IMG/VR virus record: IMGVR_UViG_3300028800_000006
Location: 1-64,000 of that record
Direction: 5' to 3' (one strand)
Length of the DNA stretch: 64,000 nucleotides
From: a virus
The notes beneath the pieces are model-generated. The model was not told the DNA's origin. It did no database searches and saw only the letters and a list, made by a program, of their open reading frames with translations. Numbering within the stretch: position 1 is the first letter of the stretch; every line of letters begins with the position of its first letter. The translations under genes and the position numbers were made by a program. This document shows, in pieces, positions 38,089 to 46,638 of this stretch.

Positions 38089-38583
38089 ATGGATTCGCAA
38101 AGCCCCGCGCTCGGAACGATGCTGCAGCAACTGGCGCCGCAGTGGATGGGCATCATGAACGCGATTCAGCCGCTGATCGATCAGCCGCTGATTCGGTACC
38201 CGTACAACATGCCCTTGGCGCAGTCGCAGGTGATCAATCCCGGCGCGACCGTGAACCTGACGCCCACCGATTTCCAGTATTCCTTCGAGTGGCCGTTCGA
38301 GGTGCGCGAGATCGCGTTCTCGAATGACCCCTCGCACACGTTCCGGGACTGGCGCGTTGCGATTCTCGACCAGACGTTCAACCAGCCGTGGCAGAAGGGC
38401 ATTGCGGGCACGCTGGTGTCGACGCTGATCGACAAGAACACGGACAAGTATTGCCTGAAGTTCCCGTGGGTGGTTCGGCCGAAGGGCGGCGGTCTCTCGA
38501 TCGCCGTGACGAACCTCGACACCGTCAACCCGATCACGGTCGACATCAACTTCATCGGCAGCCAGCTGATCCCGCGCTCGTAA
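38089..38583 (+). CDS. Putative single jelly-roll capsid-type protein
   Basis: Eight-strand-like pattern: DFQYSFEWPFEVREIAF / WRVAILD / YCLKFPWVV / LSIAVTN / ITVDINFIG; own promoter TTGACC-N18-TATCCT. Confidence 0.55.
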   Translation: MDSQSPALGTMLQQLAPQWMGIMNAIQPLIDQPLIRYPYNMPLAQSQVINPGATVNLTPTDFQYSFEWPFEVREIAFSNDPSHTFRDWRVAILDQTFNQPWQKGIAGTLVSTLIDKNTDKYCLKFPWVVRPKGGGLSIAVTNLDTVNPITVDINFIGSQLIPRS

Positions 38584-38590
38584 GGTCTGA

Positions 38591-38983
38591 ATGGCTGGCC
38601 CCTTCCAGAGTGCCCGAGCCACGCCGTCGTTTTCTCCGGCGCCGAACTCGGAACCGACCGGCGCGCTTTCGGGCGTTCCTCCACGCACGCTGCACATGCG
38701 GCGCGACGTCACGAACAAAGCGATGCAGATCGTTCTCGGTACGCCTGAGAACCGCGTCGTGGTTCTGACGGCGCCATTCGTTGGGTACACGATCTGGATT
38801 GGAGATTCGAGCGTGCTGCCCCAGAACGGGCTGGCGCTCACCCCCGGGCTCGCCTACACGACAGGTCTCATGGGGCTCCAGGATCTCTACGCGGTGACGG
38901 ATGCTCCGGACCCTGTGAAGATCTCACTGCAGATCCAGGTGTCGATCGTGCTGATGGCCGAGCGCCAGCGGATCGTGGGATAG
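38591..38983 (+). CDS. Beta-rich protein, possible penton or minor capsid protein
   Basis: NRVVVL..IWIGDSSV...GLALTPG..DLYAV pattern. Confidence 0.55.
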   Translation: MAGPFQSARATPSFSPAPNSEPTGALSGVPPRTLHMRRDVTNKAMQIVLGTPENRVVVLTAPFVGYTIWIGDSSVLPQNGLALTPGLAYTTGLMGLQDLYAVTDAPDPVKISLQIQVSIVLMAERQRIVG

Positions 38984-38986
38984 CGT

Positions 38987-39562
38987 GTGTTTCCGTTGCT
39001 TCTGCTCGGGGTCGCCGGAGTCGTTGCAGCTGCAGTAGGGCTGACCGGCGGACCGAACCTCGCCCGCGCGGCCGTTGCGCTGAAGCAGCCGCTCGCGTAC
39101 GTGGGTAGCGCCTCGAAGTGGGCCAAGAAGCGGGGCCTGCCGCTCGACTGGGTCTTGACCACGATCTTGGTCGAGTCGAACGGCAATCCACGAGCGGCTG
39201 GCGACTCCGATGGCCGCTCGGTCGGCCTCATGCAGGTGAACGCTGTGGCACACGCGGCCGAGCTGAAGGCAGCCGGGCTCTCGCGCGAAAGCCTGTTCGA
39301 CCCGGAGACGAACATCGAATGGGGCACGAAGTATCTCGTGCAGTTTCGAGATGACGTGCAGGCTGCACTCGGTGGCCGCTCCCTGCCCGCGCCGCTCGAC
39401 GAGTTGGTGCGCCTCTCGTACAAGGGCCCGGCGGCTGTGACTGGAGCGCTGAAGCGAGGGCAGAACCCGGTGACGACGCTTTCCTGGGCGCCTGCAGCCA
39501 TCGCGAACTGGCGACAGCGGCGGTCACAGGTGCTGGCGGCACTCCGCCCGAGCGTGAGTTGA
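38987..39562 (+). CDS. Lytic transglycosylase (SLT) with N-terminal membrane anchor
   Basis: ILVESNGNPRA, SVGLMQV, FDPETNIEWGTKYL. Confidence 0.9.
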   Translation: MFPLLLLGVAGVVAAAVGLTGGPNLARAAVALKQPLAYVGSASKWAKKRGLPLDWVLTTILVESNGNPRAAGDSDGRSVGLMQVNAVAHAAELKAAGLSRESLFDPETNIEWGTKYLVQFRDDVQAALGGRSLPAPLDELVRLSYKGPAAVTGALKRGQNPVTTLSWAPAAIANWRQRRSQVLAALRPSVS

Positions 39563-39595
39563 CCCGCCCACGCCGCGCGGCGTATCCTGGACGGC

Positions 39596-40045
39596 ATGAT
39601 CTCGCGGACCTACGTGGTGTTGATGCCCTCGGGCGGGGAGGCGGCCACACCCGTCAACATCCCCGTGCAGGATGATCCCGGCCTGCCCACCGCGCCAGCC
39701 ACCCAAGGCAGCGCGGCCTGGTTCGAGTGGCGCGGGCGCCCGCTGCGCTTCGAGACAGTAGCAGGGGATCCTGGATTCGTTCCGCGGCTGCGGCTCGGCT
39801 TTGGATTCAGTATCGTGCCATTGGTGTCGCTTGCGACGCCTATCTCGACGGTGGTTCCGTCCGTCGCGTTTTCGGAGTCGCTCGTGCAGGACATGAGCAT
39901 CCTCACGGTGCCAGTGCTCGCCGATCCAAGTGGGATGCCGGCGATTCAGCTCACCGGGAGCAGCAGCACCGCCGGGCACACGTACCTCGTGACGCTTCAG
40001 ATCATGGAAGCCAAGGACGAGGACCGCACGGCCGAGGGGACGTAG
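39596..40045 (+). CDS. Beta-rich hypothetical protein
   Basis: TTGACC-N18-TATCCT 7 nt before ATG. Confidence 0.65.
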   Translation: MISRTYVVLMPSGGEAATPVNIPVQDDPGLPTAPATQGSAAWFEWRGRPLRFETVAGDPGFVPRLRLGFGFSIVPLVSLATPISTVVPSVAFSESLVQDMSILTVPVLADPSGMPAIQLTGSSSTAGHTYLVTLQIMEAKDEDRTAEGT

Positions 40046-40049
40046 GCTG

Positions 40050-40277
40050 ATGGCGAAGGCAAACTATCGCGTCTGTTGGTGGTACAGCAACGACACGCAG
40101 TCGCTCAACCCCACGTGCCGCACGCTGTCTGGAAAGCAGCACAAGTCGCGCCGTGAGGCGGCAGAAACAGCGCTCATGCAGAACCCTCATGCGCTTGTGC
40201 GCGTGCGGGGAACAGCAGGAAGAGCACACGGCACCGAGTACCGCTTGATCAAGGGAAAAGTGAGGCGGGTCGGATGA
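40050..40277 (+). CDS. Small basic protein
   Basis: Coupled ORF. Confidence 0.6.
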   Translation: MAKANYRVCWWYSNDTQSLNPTCRTLSGKQHKSRREAAETALMQNPHALVRVRGTAGRAHGTEYRLIKGKVRRVG

Positions 40278-40723
40278 TCACCCGTCAGCTCGGCGCCGGC
40301 TACGCGATCGTCCCCGTCCCGCCCGTGCCCGACTGGAACACGAGCGCTGGCGGCGGCCCCATCAGCCGGTCGTCGCAATCGTCTGTGCCAGCCGGCGCCG
40401 GCAACTACGTGTGGCGCAGCCCGCTCAACGTCGTGCGCGAGGCGGAGCCCGGCGCGGGCTGGTGGCAGGATCTCGCGGCCACGAAGATGTTCCTGCCCGA
40501 CGGCCGGCTCGTGGACGCGAAGCCGTTTGCCTACGACCAGTTCCGCGGCGGCCCGGACATCATCCAGCCGATCGTGACTCAGTCGTCTCGCCTGCTCTCG
40601 CCGTCGTTCGTGGCGATGTGCCTGGGCGCAGCCGCCGGGTACAAGCTGTCTCGCGACAATCACGTGCTGCACGCGGTCGGCGGCGCGATCGTCGGAGGCT
40701 TGCTCGGGCGCGTGTTCGGGTGA
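40274..40723 (+). CDS. Protein with C-terminal Gly-rich membrane helices
   Basis: FVAMCLGAAAGY...AVGGAIVGGLLG. Confidence 0.75.
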   Translation: MITRQLGAGYAIVPVPPVPDWNTSAGGGPISRSSQSSVPAGAGNYVWRSPLNVVREAEPGAGWWQDLAATKMFLPDGRLVDAKPFAYDQFRGGPDIIQPIVTQSSRLLSPSFVAMCLGAAAGYKLSRDNHVLHAVGGAIVGGLLGRVFG

Positions 40724-41067
40724 GCGCCGTGGCGGAGATTGTCACGGTCGTGTGTGACACCAAGGACGGACGTGCTACACGTGTCGAGCGGCGCATGCGC
40801 GACGTGCTTGGCGACGAGGGAATCGACTGGATTCTTGGATCGCACGATCCGAAAAGTACAGACGCTACGGCGCTCCTCGCAGCTAACGCGCTGGCCCGTG
40901 ACCGGCTGGTTGGCGAAGGCTTTACGGGAGCTACTGGCGCCGCTCTCCCGTTTTTGCCCGGACGGCCATACACCGCAGAGAGCGCAAGCACGAGATGCTG
41001 CGCCTGCGAAAGGTTGATGCCCGTGTCAGCCGGTGAGCACGTCACGGAGCCTGCCCATGCCACTTGA
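40720..41067 (+). CDS. EGxxW-family paralog 8 with C-terminal extension
   Basis: DEGIDWILGSHDPKSTDATALLAANAL. Confidence 0.75.
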   Translation: MSAVAEIVTVVCDTKDGRATRVERRMRDVLGDEGIDWILGSHDPKSTDATALLAANALARDRLVGEGFTGATGAALPFLPGRPYTAESASTRCCACERLMPVSAGEHVTEPAHAT

Positions 41068-41839
41068 TGCAAACGAAAAAGCGCTGATCATGAAGCGCCG
41101 AGCCGCTGCAGGCTGGGACGCGCCTAGCGGCGTTCCCGATGGCCGCTACCGTGTCGGCCCTGGGGGCAAGCTCAGGCGGGTGAACCTCGGTGTGGCAGAT
41201 CAAGCACAGGATCTGCTCGCGAACATGCGCGTGAACTGGCAGGCACGCGGTGTGCTTGGGATCATCGCTGACAAGATCCATCAAGGGTATGCGGTCGCCG
41301 AGACGTTCCCGTGGTCAGCTTCATCCCACCTATGGCAGTCGCTTCCAGATGTTGTGCGAGGTGTCCAGACACCGAAAGAGGCGGCGATTGATCTGCTGAA
41401 TCAAGCGAACACCTACGCGCAGAAGATCTACGCGACGATTCCAAACGACAGCGCGCCTGTGTCAGCGCAGACACGCCGGACTGTCACAATTGCCGTGAAA
41501 AACGCGACGAAGGCGGTGAAGCTCGTTTCCAGCGCGGCTAACGATCTGAACGCGAGCATGCTGCGCGAGATCCTGGAATATCTGGCGCAGAAAACGAAAG
41601 AGGCGGCCGATTACCTCGCGAACAAGGCGAAGGACAAGTTCGGCTTCGACATCCCAAAGCCGATCATCTACGCGACACTGGCGTTGCTGGGTGTCACGAC
41701 GCTGTTTATCGCCGCCAAGCTCGTGCACACTGTGGTGCTGGGCCGGGCAAGGCTGGCTGAGGCGGAGGAAGAGGCGATCCAGATCGCAGACTCTTCTCGG
41801 CGCAAGAAGGCTTCGCGGAAGGTCGCCACGATTTCGTAG
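41057..41839 (+). CDS. Helical protein with C-terminal membrane anchor
   Basis: IIYATLALLGVTTLFIAA then basic tail. Confidence 0.75.
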   Translation: MPLDANEKALIMKRRAAAGWDAPSGVPDGRYRVGPGGKLRRVNLGVADQAQDLLANMRVNWQARGVLGIIADKIHQGYAVAETFPWSASSHLWQSLPDVVRGVQTPKEAAIDLLNQANTYAQKIYATIPNDSAPVSAQTRRTVTIAVKNATKAVKLVSSAANDLNASMLREILEYLAQKTKEAADYLANKAKDKFGFDIPKPIIYATLALLGVTTLFIAAKLVHTVVLGRARLAEAEEEAIQIADSSRRKKASRKVATIS

Positions 41840-41847
41840 GAGATCAC

Positions 41848-42261
41848 ATGGTTTCAGTCACCAACACGAATCTAGGCTTCTCGATCACTTCGGCGATCAA
41901 GAGCGTCGGCAAGACCGCGATCAAGGCGCAGGGGGCTGTGTTCAAGGCGACTGGTGTGGCCTCGAAGATCCCGGGCGTGTCTCAGGGAGCGAACGCGATC
42001 GTGCCAGGCTCCGGACGGATCCTCTCGGCCGGCGGCCAGCTCGACTCGATCGTGGGCGACAAGCTCTTGAGTGTGGGGAGCGGCAGCGGGGGCACGACGA
42101 CAGCGACTGCTGTTGATCCTGGAACGGGCGGCGATCCTGGTGTGCCAGCGCAGCCGGGGAAGCGCGGCGGCTCGAAGCAGCTCATCAAGGGTGTGCCGAA
42201 CACGACGTTGGCCATCGCAGGCGGCGGGCTCCTGGTGCTGCTTCTCGTGCTGAAGCGGTAG
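41848..42261 (+). CDS. Gly-rich protein with C-terminal membrane anchor
   Basis: AGGAG RBS; NLGFSI leader; LAIAGGGLLVLLLVLKR. Confidence 0.8.
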   Translation: MVSVTNTNLGFSITSAIKSVGKTAIKAQGAVFKATGVASKIPGVSQGANAIVPGSGRILSAGGQLDSIVGDKLLSVGSGSGGTTTATAVDPGTGGDPGVPAQPGKRGGSKQLIKGVPNTTLAIAGGGLLVLLLVLKR

Positions 42262-42300
42262 GGGTTTGCTGCCAGACGACTGGCGTTCTACACTCGTGGA

Positions 42301-42474
42301 ATGACCGGACAGCCGAAATCGAACGCAGGAACCATCGCGGCCGTGATCGGCGGCCTCGCGGCCGTAGGCGGGCTCGTCGCCGCGGGTGTGGCTTCGTCGA
42401 GGAAGCCGGCGCCGCGCCTGGGCGGAGTGCGGCGGCCGGGGCTCGTTAAGAAGCCGTGCGGGTGTGGGCGGTGA
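42301..42474 (+). CDS. 57-aa membrane microprotein ending PCGCGR (not in ORF track)
   Basis: MTGQPKSNAGTIAAVIGGLAAVGGLVAAGVASSRKPAPRLGGVRRPGLVKKPCGCGR; TTGCTG-N17-TACACT 6 nt before ATG. Confidence 0.7.
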   Translation: MTGQPKSNAGTIAAVIGGLAAVGGLVAAGVASSRKPAPRLGGVRRPGLVKKPCGCGR

Positions 42475-42674
42475 CGGCAGCGCAGCGCAAGGAGGCTGCT
42501 CGGCTTGCACACGCTGTGCGGAAGATGGCGCGTGAGGGCGATTGCGGGCACGCATCCAATCTCGTCTACATCATGAGGAAGAAAGGGCTCGTCAGCCCTC
42601 GCCTAGAGAACGCTCTCCACCGCGTTGTTGGCCTGTGCGGCGTACGCGCTCGGGGCTGGCCAACAGACTTCTAA
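42471..42674 (+). CDS. Small helical protein resembling the N-terminus of 34005-34406
   Basis: MTAAQ...REGDC versus MTRAQ...KDGDC. Confidence 0.6.
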   Translation: MTAAQRKEAARLAHAVRKMAREGDCGHASNLVYIMRKKGLVSPRLENALHRVVGLCGVRARGWPTDF

Positions 42675-42680
42675 AGCTAA

Positions 42681-42854
42681 TCATCGCCGCCAGTGAACCG
42701 GCCCGCCCATCCAACTGAACAGGATCACCAGCAGAACAATCAGCAGCACGACGTGCAGTAGGTTGTTCCCCCGCACCGCAGGCGGCCCGGCCCAGTAGCC
42801 TCCGCCCCAACCGGCAAACACCACGAGCAGGATGATGAGTAGAGGCCACGGCAT
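42681..42854 (-). CDS. DUF3309-like two-helix membrane protein
   Basis: LLIILLVVFAGWGGGYW...LLHVVLLIVLLVILF. Confidence 0.7.
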   Translation of the reverse strand: MPWPLLIILLVVFAGWGGGYWAGPPAVRGNNLLHVVLLIVLLVILFSWMGGPVHWRR

Positions 42855-43122
42855 GGACTCCAGGCTGAGTACGATGGTGCCGGTAAGCAAGTACACGTGG
42901 GTGGGGCTGACCGATTGGCCTGAAAAGCCGAACAGCACAGTGTGCTTATGTAGCAGCGCCGTTCATGGACGGGACGAACACGAGGGGATTCTGTGGATTC
43001 GTGGAGTGCACACCGAAGCCACTGAGGACGGCCGTGCGCTACTGGCCGCATACGCGCTGTCTGATTTGGAGGCGCCGCTCCTGCCGATCAGCGATCCGCG
43101 GCTTGCTTCAGCAGCTCTTTGA
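42853..43122 (+). CDS. EGxxW-family paralog 9 (start uncertain)
   Basis: HEGILWIRGVHTEATEDGRALLAAYAL. Confidence 0.7.
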   Translation: MDSRLSTMVPVSKYTWVGLTDWPEKPNSTVCLCSSAVHGRDEHEGILWIRGVHTEATEDGRALLAAYALSDLEAPLLPISDPRLASAAL

Positions 43123-43372
43123 TCGCTGCGTTCCCGAGCGCGCCGACGAACCGCTTCAGCCGGCCCTGCTTGTCCATCACGATCGTGGTCGGCGTGGCCT
43201 TCACCCCGAGCTTGTCGCCGAAGTGCGCGGCCTTGGTGTCCTGCTGCACGTCGTAGATGCCGATCGGGATCACGCGGCGATACGGCCCGGCCAGCTCCTT
43301 GAACCGCGGCAGGTACTCCTCGCAGGCGCCACAGCCGTGCATCGCGAAGACGAAGACTGCAGGGTTCGCCAC
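43088..43372 (-). CDS. Thioredoxin-like protein
   Basis: FAMHGCGAC, GVKATPT. Confidence 0.85.
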   Translation of the reverse strand: MANPAVFVFAMHGCGACEEYLPRFKELAGPYRRVIPIGIYDVQQDTKAAHFGDKLGVKATPTTIVMDKQGRLKRFVGALGNAAIKELLKQAADR

Positions 43373-43374
43373 GG

Positions 43375-43653
43375 CTACGGCTTCCGGCAAGCCTCGAACG
43401 ACCGCCCAGCGGCGCTCATGAGCTGGCGGCCGGCGAAGTAGAGCGCGCCCGCGCCAAGCAGCGACACGATGCCGGCCGCGCCGCGCCCCTTCAGCAGCTT
43501 GTACGTGCCGAAGAGCGCCACAGGCACGCTCGACAGACCTGTGACAGCGCCAGTGACGAGCAGAGGGCGAGCTTGCTCGGCGCACTCGATGTCGGTCGTG
43601 GACGGCGCGGCACCCAGGTAGTCGGAACCGCTCAGTGTGTAGATCTCGGCCAT
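43375..43653 (-). CDS. Small membrane protein
   Basis: MAEIYTLSGSDYLG leader, two hydrophobic helices flanked by Cys; TATCCT 6 nt before ATG. Confidence 0.7.
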   Translation of the reverse strand: MAEIYTLSGSDYLGAAPSTTDIECAEQARPLLVTGAVTGLSSVPVALFGTYKLLKGRGAAGIVSLLGAGALYFAGRQLMSAAGRSFEACRKP

Positions 43654-43699
43654 GAAGAGAGGATAGACGACGCAGCCGTGCACCGTCCAGTTGCCCTCC

Positions 43700-43715
43700 T
43701 GCTAGTTAACTGGCA
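43700..43715. promoter_or_regulatory. Operator copy 3 (TGCTAGTTAACTGGCA)
   Basis: 2 nt upstream of ATG 43718. Confidence 0.65.
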
Positions 43716-43717
43716 TC

Positions 43718-44866
43718 ATGCCGCGCATGCCGACCATTCACGTTCTCGCGCCGCACCACACGATCGCAAACGACGAGTACAGCCACTGCGCGTTCACCGG
43801 CAAGGCCCGCCGGTTCGCGGCGATGATGAAGCCATTCGGCTACACGGTGCACGAGTACAGCAACGCCGGCTCGCAGAGTGCTGCCGACGTGAAGCACGTG
43901 ATGTTGAACTCCGCCGAGTTTGCGGCGCACATCAAACCCGAGCACGAGAGCCCTGGCGCGCAGGCCAATCCGCACACGCCCGCTGGAGTGATCTTCCGGC
44001 AGCGCCTGTCGCGTGCACTGGCCGAGTACGCCAAGCCAGGCGACATCGTGGCCCACATCTGGACGTCGTACTGGGAACTCATTCGGGACTTCCCGCGACT
44101 GAACCACATCGAGACCGGCATCGGCTACCCCAACGACGGGATCGGCGCGTACCGCATCTTCGAGAGCTACGCGTGGATGCACTTTCATTGGGGGCGCTAC
44201 TGCTCACCGGGCGGAGTGGTGCCGATGACCCAGCAGAGCTACGACATCGACAAGAATCCAGCCTGCACGTGGGTGGTGCCGAACTACTACGACCCGGCTG
44301 ACTGGCCTTTCGTTGGCGAGCCGGAGAATTACGTGGCGTTCATGCATCGCTTCGTCGTCGACAAGGGCATCGAAATGCTGCGCGAGGTGATCAAGGCGTG
44401 GGACAAGAAGCATCCTGGCGACGGGATGAAGTTCGTGCTCGCCGGGATGGGAGGCTACGCGCAGTGGCTCGCGGCGGGGGATTTCACGCCGGCTGAGATG
44501 GCGCGTATCGACTACCGTGGCGTGGTGAACGGGAGAGCGCGGGCCGAGCTGGTCGGGAAGGCGCGGGCGATGTTGATGCCATCGATCTTCGTCGAGCCGT
44601 TCGGTGGGTCTGGCGTCGAGGCGCAGGTGACCGGGACACCGTTGATCGGCCCGGACTTCGGAGCCTTCACCGAGACGATCGAGGACGAGGCGACCGGGTT
44701 TCGCTGCCGCACGGTCGATGATTACGTGCAGGCGATCGAAGACGCGCCGAAACTGGTGCGTCCGTACATCTCACAGCGGGCACGGAAGCTCTACTCGTTG
44801 GAGGCGTGCGGCGTGAAGTACGACAAGATCTTCAAGCGGATCACGACACAGGCGGGCGTGCGGTGA
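43718..44866 (+). CDS. GT-B glycosyltransferase (family 4-like)
   Basis: DKG, EPFGGSGVEAQVTGTPLI, GAFTETI..TGF. Confidence 0.88.
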   Translation: MPRMPTIHVLAPHHTIANDEYSHCAFTGKARRFAAMMKPFGYTVHEYSNAGSQSAADVKHVMLNSAEFAAHIKPEHESPGAQANPHTPAGVIFRQRLSRALAEYAKPGDIVAHIWTSYWELIRDFPRLNHIETGIGYPNDGIGAYRIFESYAWMHFHWGRYCSPGGVVPMTQQSYDIDKNPACTWVVPNYYDPADWPFVGEPENYVAFMHRFVVDKGIEMLREVIKAWDKKHPGDGMKFVLAGMGGYAQWLAAGDFTPAEMARIDYRGVVNGRARAELVGKARAMLMPSIFVEPFGGSGVEAQVTGTPLIGPDFGAFTETIEDEATGFRCRTVDDYVQAIEDAPKLVRPYISQRARKLYSLEACGVKYDKIFKRITTQAGVR

Positions 44867-44904
44867 TTTGACGGCCCCCGCAGGCCCCGCTTACAATCGT
44901 AAGC

Positions 44905-45552
44905 ATGCACCCGTTTTTGCTGTTACTCGGAACCGCCGCCGTCACCTACTCGCAGATGCTCGGGCACACCTGGATTGCCGGTGTGGTTGCCGTCATCGGT
45001 GGTCTTCTGCAGGCGCTGGCCAAGCGGGCCAAGATCCCGATGATGCGCTCATTGCCGACGTTCGCACCTGCCGGCTCTGGCCCCGCCATCGCGCTGTCCT
45101 TGCTGTTCCTGGTCGCTGGAGCGGTGCTGATCGCCATTCCGATCGCAGCCACGACGCAATTCGGGATTGCGGCGCGGATCTTCTTCCCTGTGCTTGGCAG
45201 CGGCGCGCTCATGATGTTCGACTCTGCCGATCTGGTCGGCGTGACCACGCCGACGTCTGCCGCAGCGCTGCTGGCGGCCCTGATGCTGCCCTTCGCCTGC
45301 GCTCACGTGCAGCCGGTGACGAACTGCGTGGAGGGTCAGCTCGGCAACCAGGGGCCCGTCATCATTGCAGAGGTCGAGGCCGATCTGGCAGCGAGAAACT
45401 TGGAAGATCTGGCGCTCGTAGCCGGCCGCATCGGATGGGTGACGCTGGGCTGCATCCTCGATGACCTGGAGGCCAAGGGAAAGCTAACCCCAGTGCAGCT
45501 GGACACCTCGCGGAAGTTCAAGACAGAGAATCGCGCCAAGCTGCACGAGTGA
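44905..45552 (+). CDS. Multi-pass membrane protein, holin-like candidate
   Basis: Several hydrophobic helices; first gene of operon ending in GH25 lysin; TTGACG-N18-TACAAT. Confidence 0.55.
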   Translation: MHPFLLLLGTAAVTYSQMLGHTWIAGVVAVIGGLLQALAKRAKIPMMRSLPTFAPAGSGPAIALSLLFLVAGAVLIAIPIAATTQFGIAARIFFPVLGSGALMMFDSADLVGVTTPTSAAALLAALMLPFACAHVQPVTNCVEGQLGNQGPVIIAEVEADLAARNLEDLALVAGRIGWVTLGCILDDLEAKGKLTPVQLDTSRKFKTENRAKLHE

Positions 45553-45863
45553 TGCGTTTCCTGCTCGCCATACTGGCCGCGTCGATGGTGCTCGGGACCA
45601 CGGGGTGCCCGAAGCCGTCGCCGACCCCGGTCGTACCTGTCGTTCCGGCAGATCCGACGTGTGGGCTGGATCAGGCTGCGCATGACGACCTCGTAGACAG
45701 CGTGGTGGGCGATCTGAACGGGCTCGACACGGCGTTGACGGTCGAGCGGGCACACTACTCGATAGCAACTGTGGGCTGCGTTGTGGACGAGGTCATCGGT
45801 GACTTCCACAACGCGCCCGATCTGATTGCGGCTGCTCAGCAGTGGCGTCAAGCGAACCCATAA
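45549..45863 (+). CDS. Putative lipoprotein
   Basis: MMRFLLAILAASMVLGTTGC signal and lipobox-like Cys. Confidence 0.65.
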   Translation: MMRFLLAILAASMVLGTTGCPKPSPTPVVPVVPADPTCGLDQAAHDDLVDSVVGDLNGLDTALTVERAHYSIATVGCVVDEVIGDFHNAPDLIAAAQQWRQANP

Positions 45864-45878
45864 GGAGGAAACCTCACG

Positions 45879-46634
45879 ATGATCGATTTCAGCGCGATGA
45901 AGCTCGGCAAGCAGGCAGCTGTCCACGATCCGCGCACGCTGCGGCTCGCCGACTACGTGACGAACGCGCTCAAGCCGCCTCCGCGCATCGACTGGAGCAC
46001 GAAGGTCACGAACCTTGGGATGATGCTGAACGACAGCCTGGGCGACTGCACGATCGCGGCGGCGGGGCACATGATCCAGACCTGGACAGCCAACAACGGC
46101 AGCCAGATCGTTCTGCCCGACAGTGCCATCCTGCAGGGCTACGAAACCTTCTGCGGGTACAACCCGAGCGACCCGAGCACCGATCAGGGCGGTGTGGAGG
46201 TCACGGTGCTCAACGGGCTGAGGAAGGTCGGGCTGGGCGGCCACAAGATCTACGCCTACGTGGCGCAGGAGCCGGGCAGCCGGGCGCACATCGAGCTGTC
46301 CGTCGACTTGCTGGGCGGCTGCTATCTGGGAGTCGAGCTGCCGCGCTCGGCGCAGAACCAGCGCGTGTGGAGCGTGCCTCCAGGCGGGCCGCACGGCGAT
46401 GGCGCTCCCGGATCATGGGGGGGTCACGCGATCCCCGCGGTCGCTTACGGGCCGGCAGGCATCACAGTCATCACGTGGGGGCAGCTCCTCACCATGACCT
46501 GGAAGTTCTTCACCACGTATTGCACCGAGGCGTACGGCGTGCTCAGCCAGGACTGGGCGAACGGCGCGAAGACTGCGCCGAGCGGCTTCGACTTCGCTCA
46601 GCTGCAGGCGGACCTGGCGGCCATCACGGCGTAA
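45879..46634 (+). CDS. Papain-like (C1-related) cysteine peptidase
   Basis: NDSLGDCTIAA (Cys), WGGHAI (His), ITWG; AGGAGG RBS. Confidence 0.75.
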   Translation: MIDFSAMKLGKQAAVHDPRTLRLADYVTNALKPPPRIDWSTKVTNLGMMLNDSLGDCTIAAAGHMIQTWTANNGSQIVLPDSAILQGYETFCGYNPSDPSTDQGGVEVTVLNGLRKVGLGGHKIYAYVAQEPGSRAHIELSVDLLGGCYLGVELPRSAQNQRVWSVPPGGPHGDGAPGSWGGHAIPAVAYGPAGITVITWGQLLTMTWKFFTTYCTEAYGVLSQDWANGAKTAPSGFDFAQLQADLAAITA

Positions 46635-46638
46635 AGAG

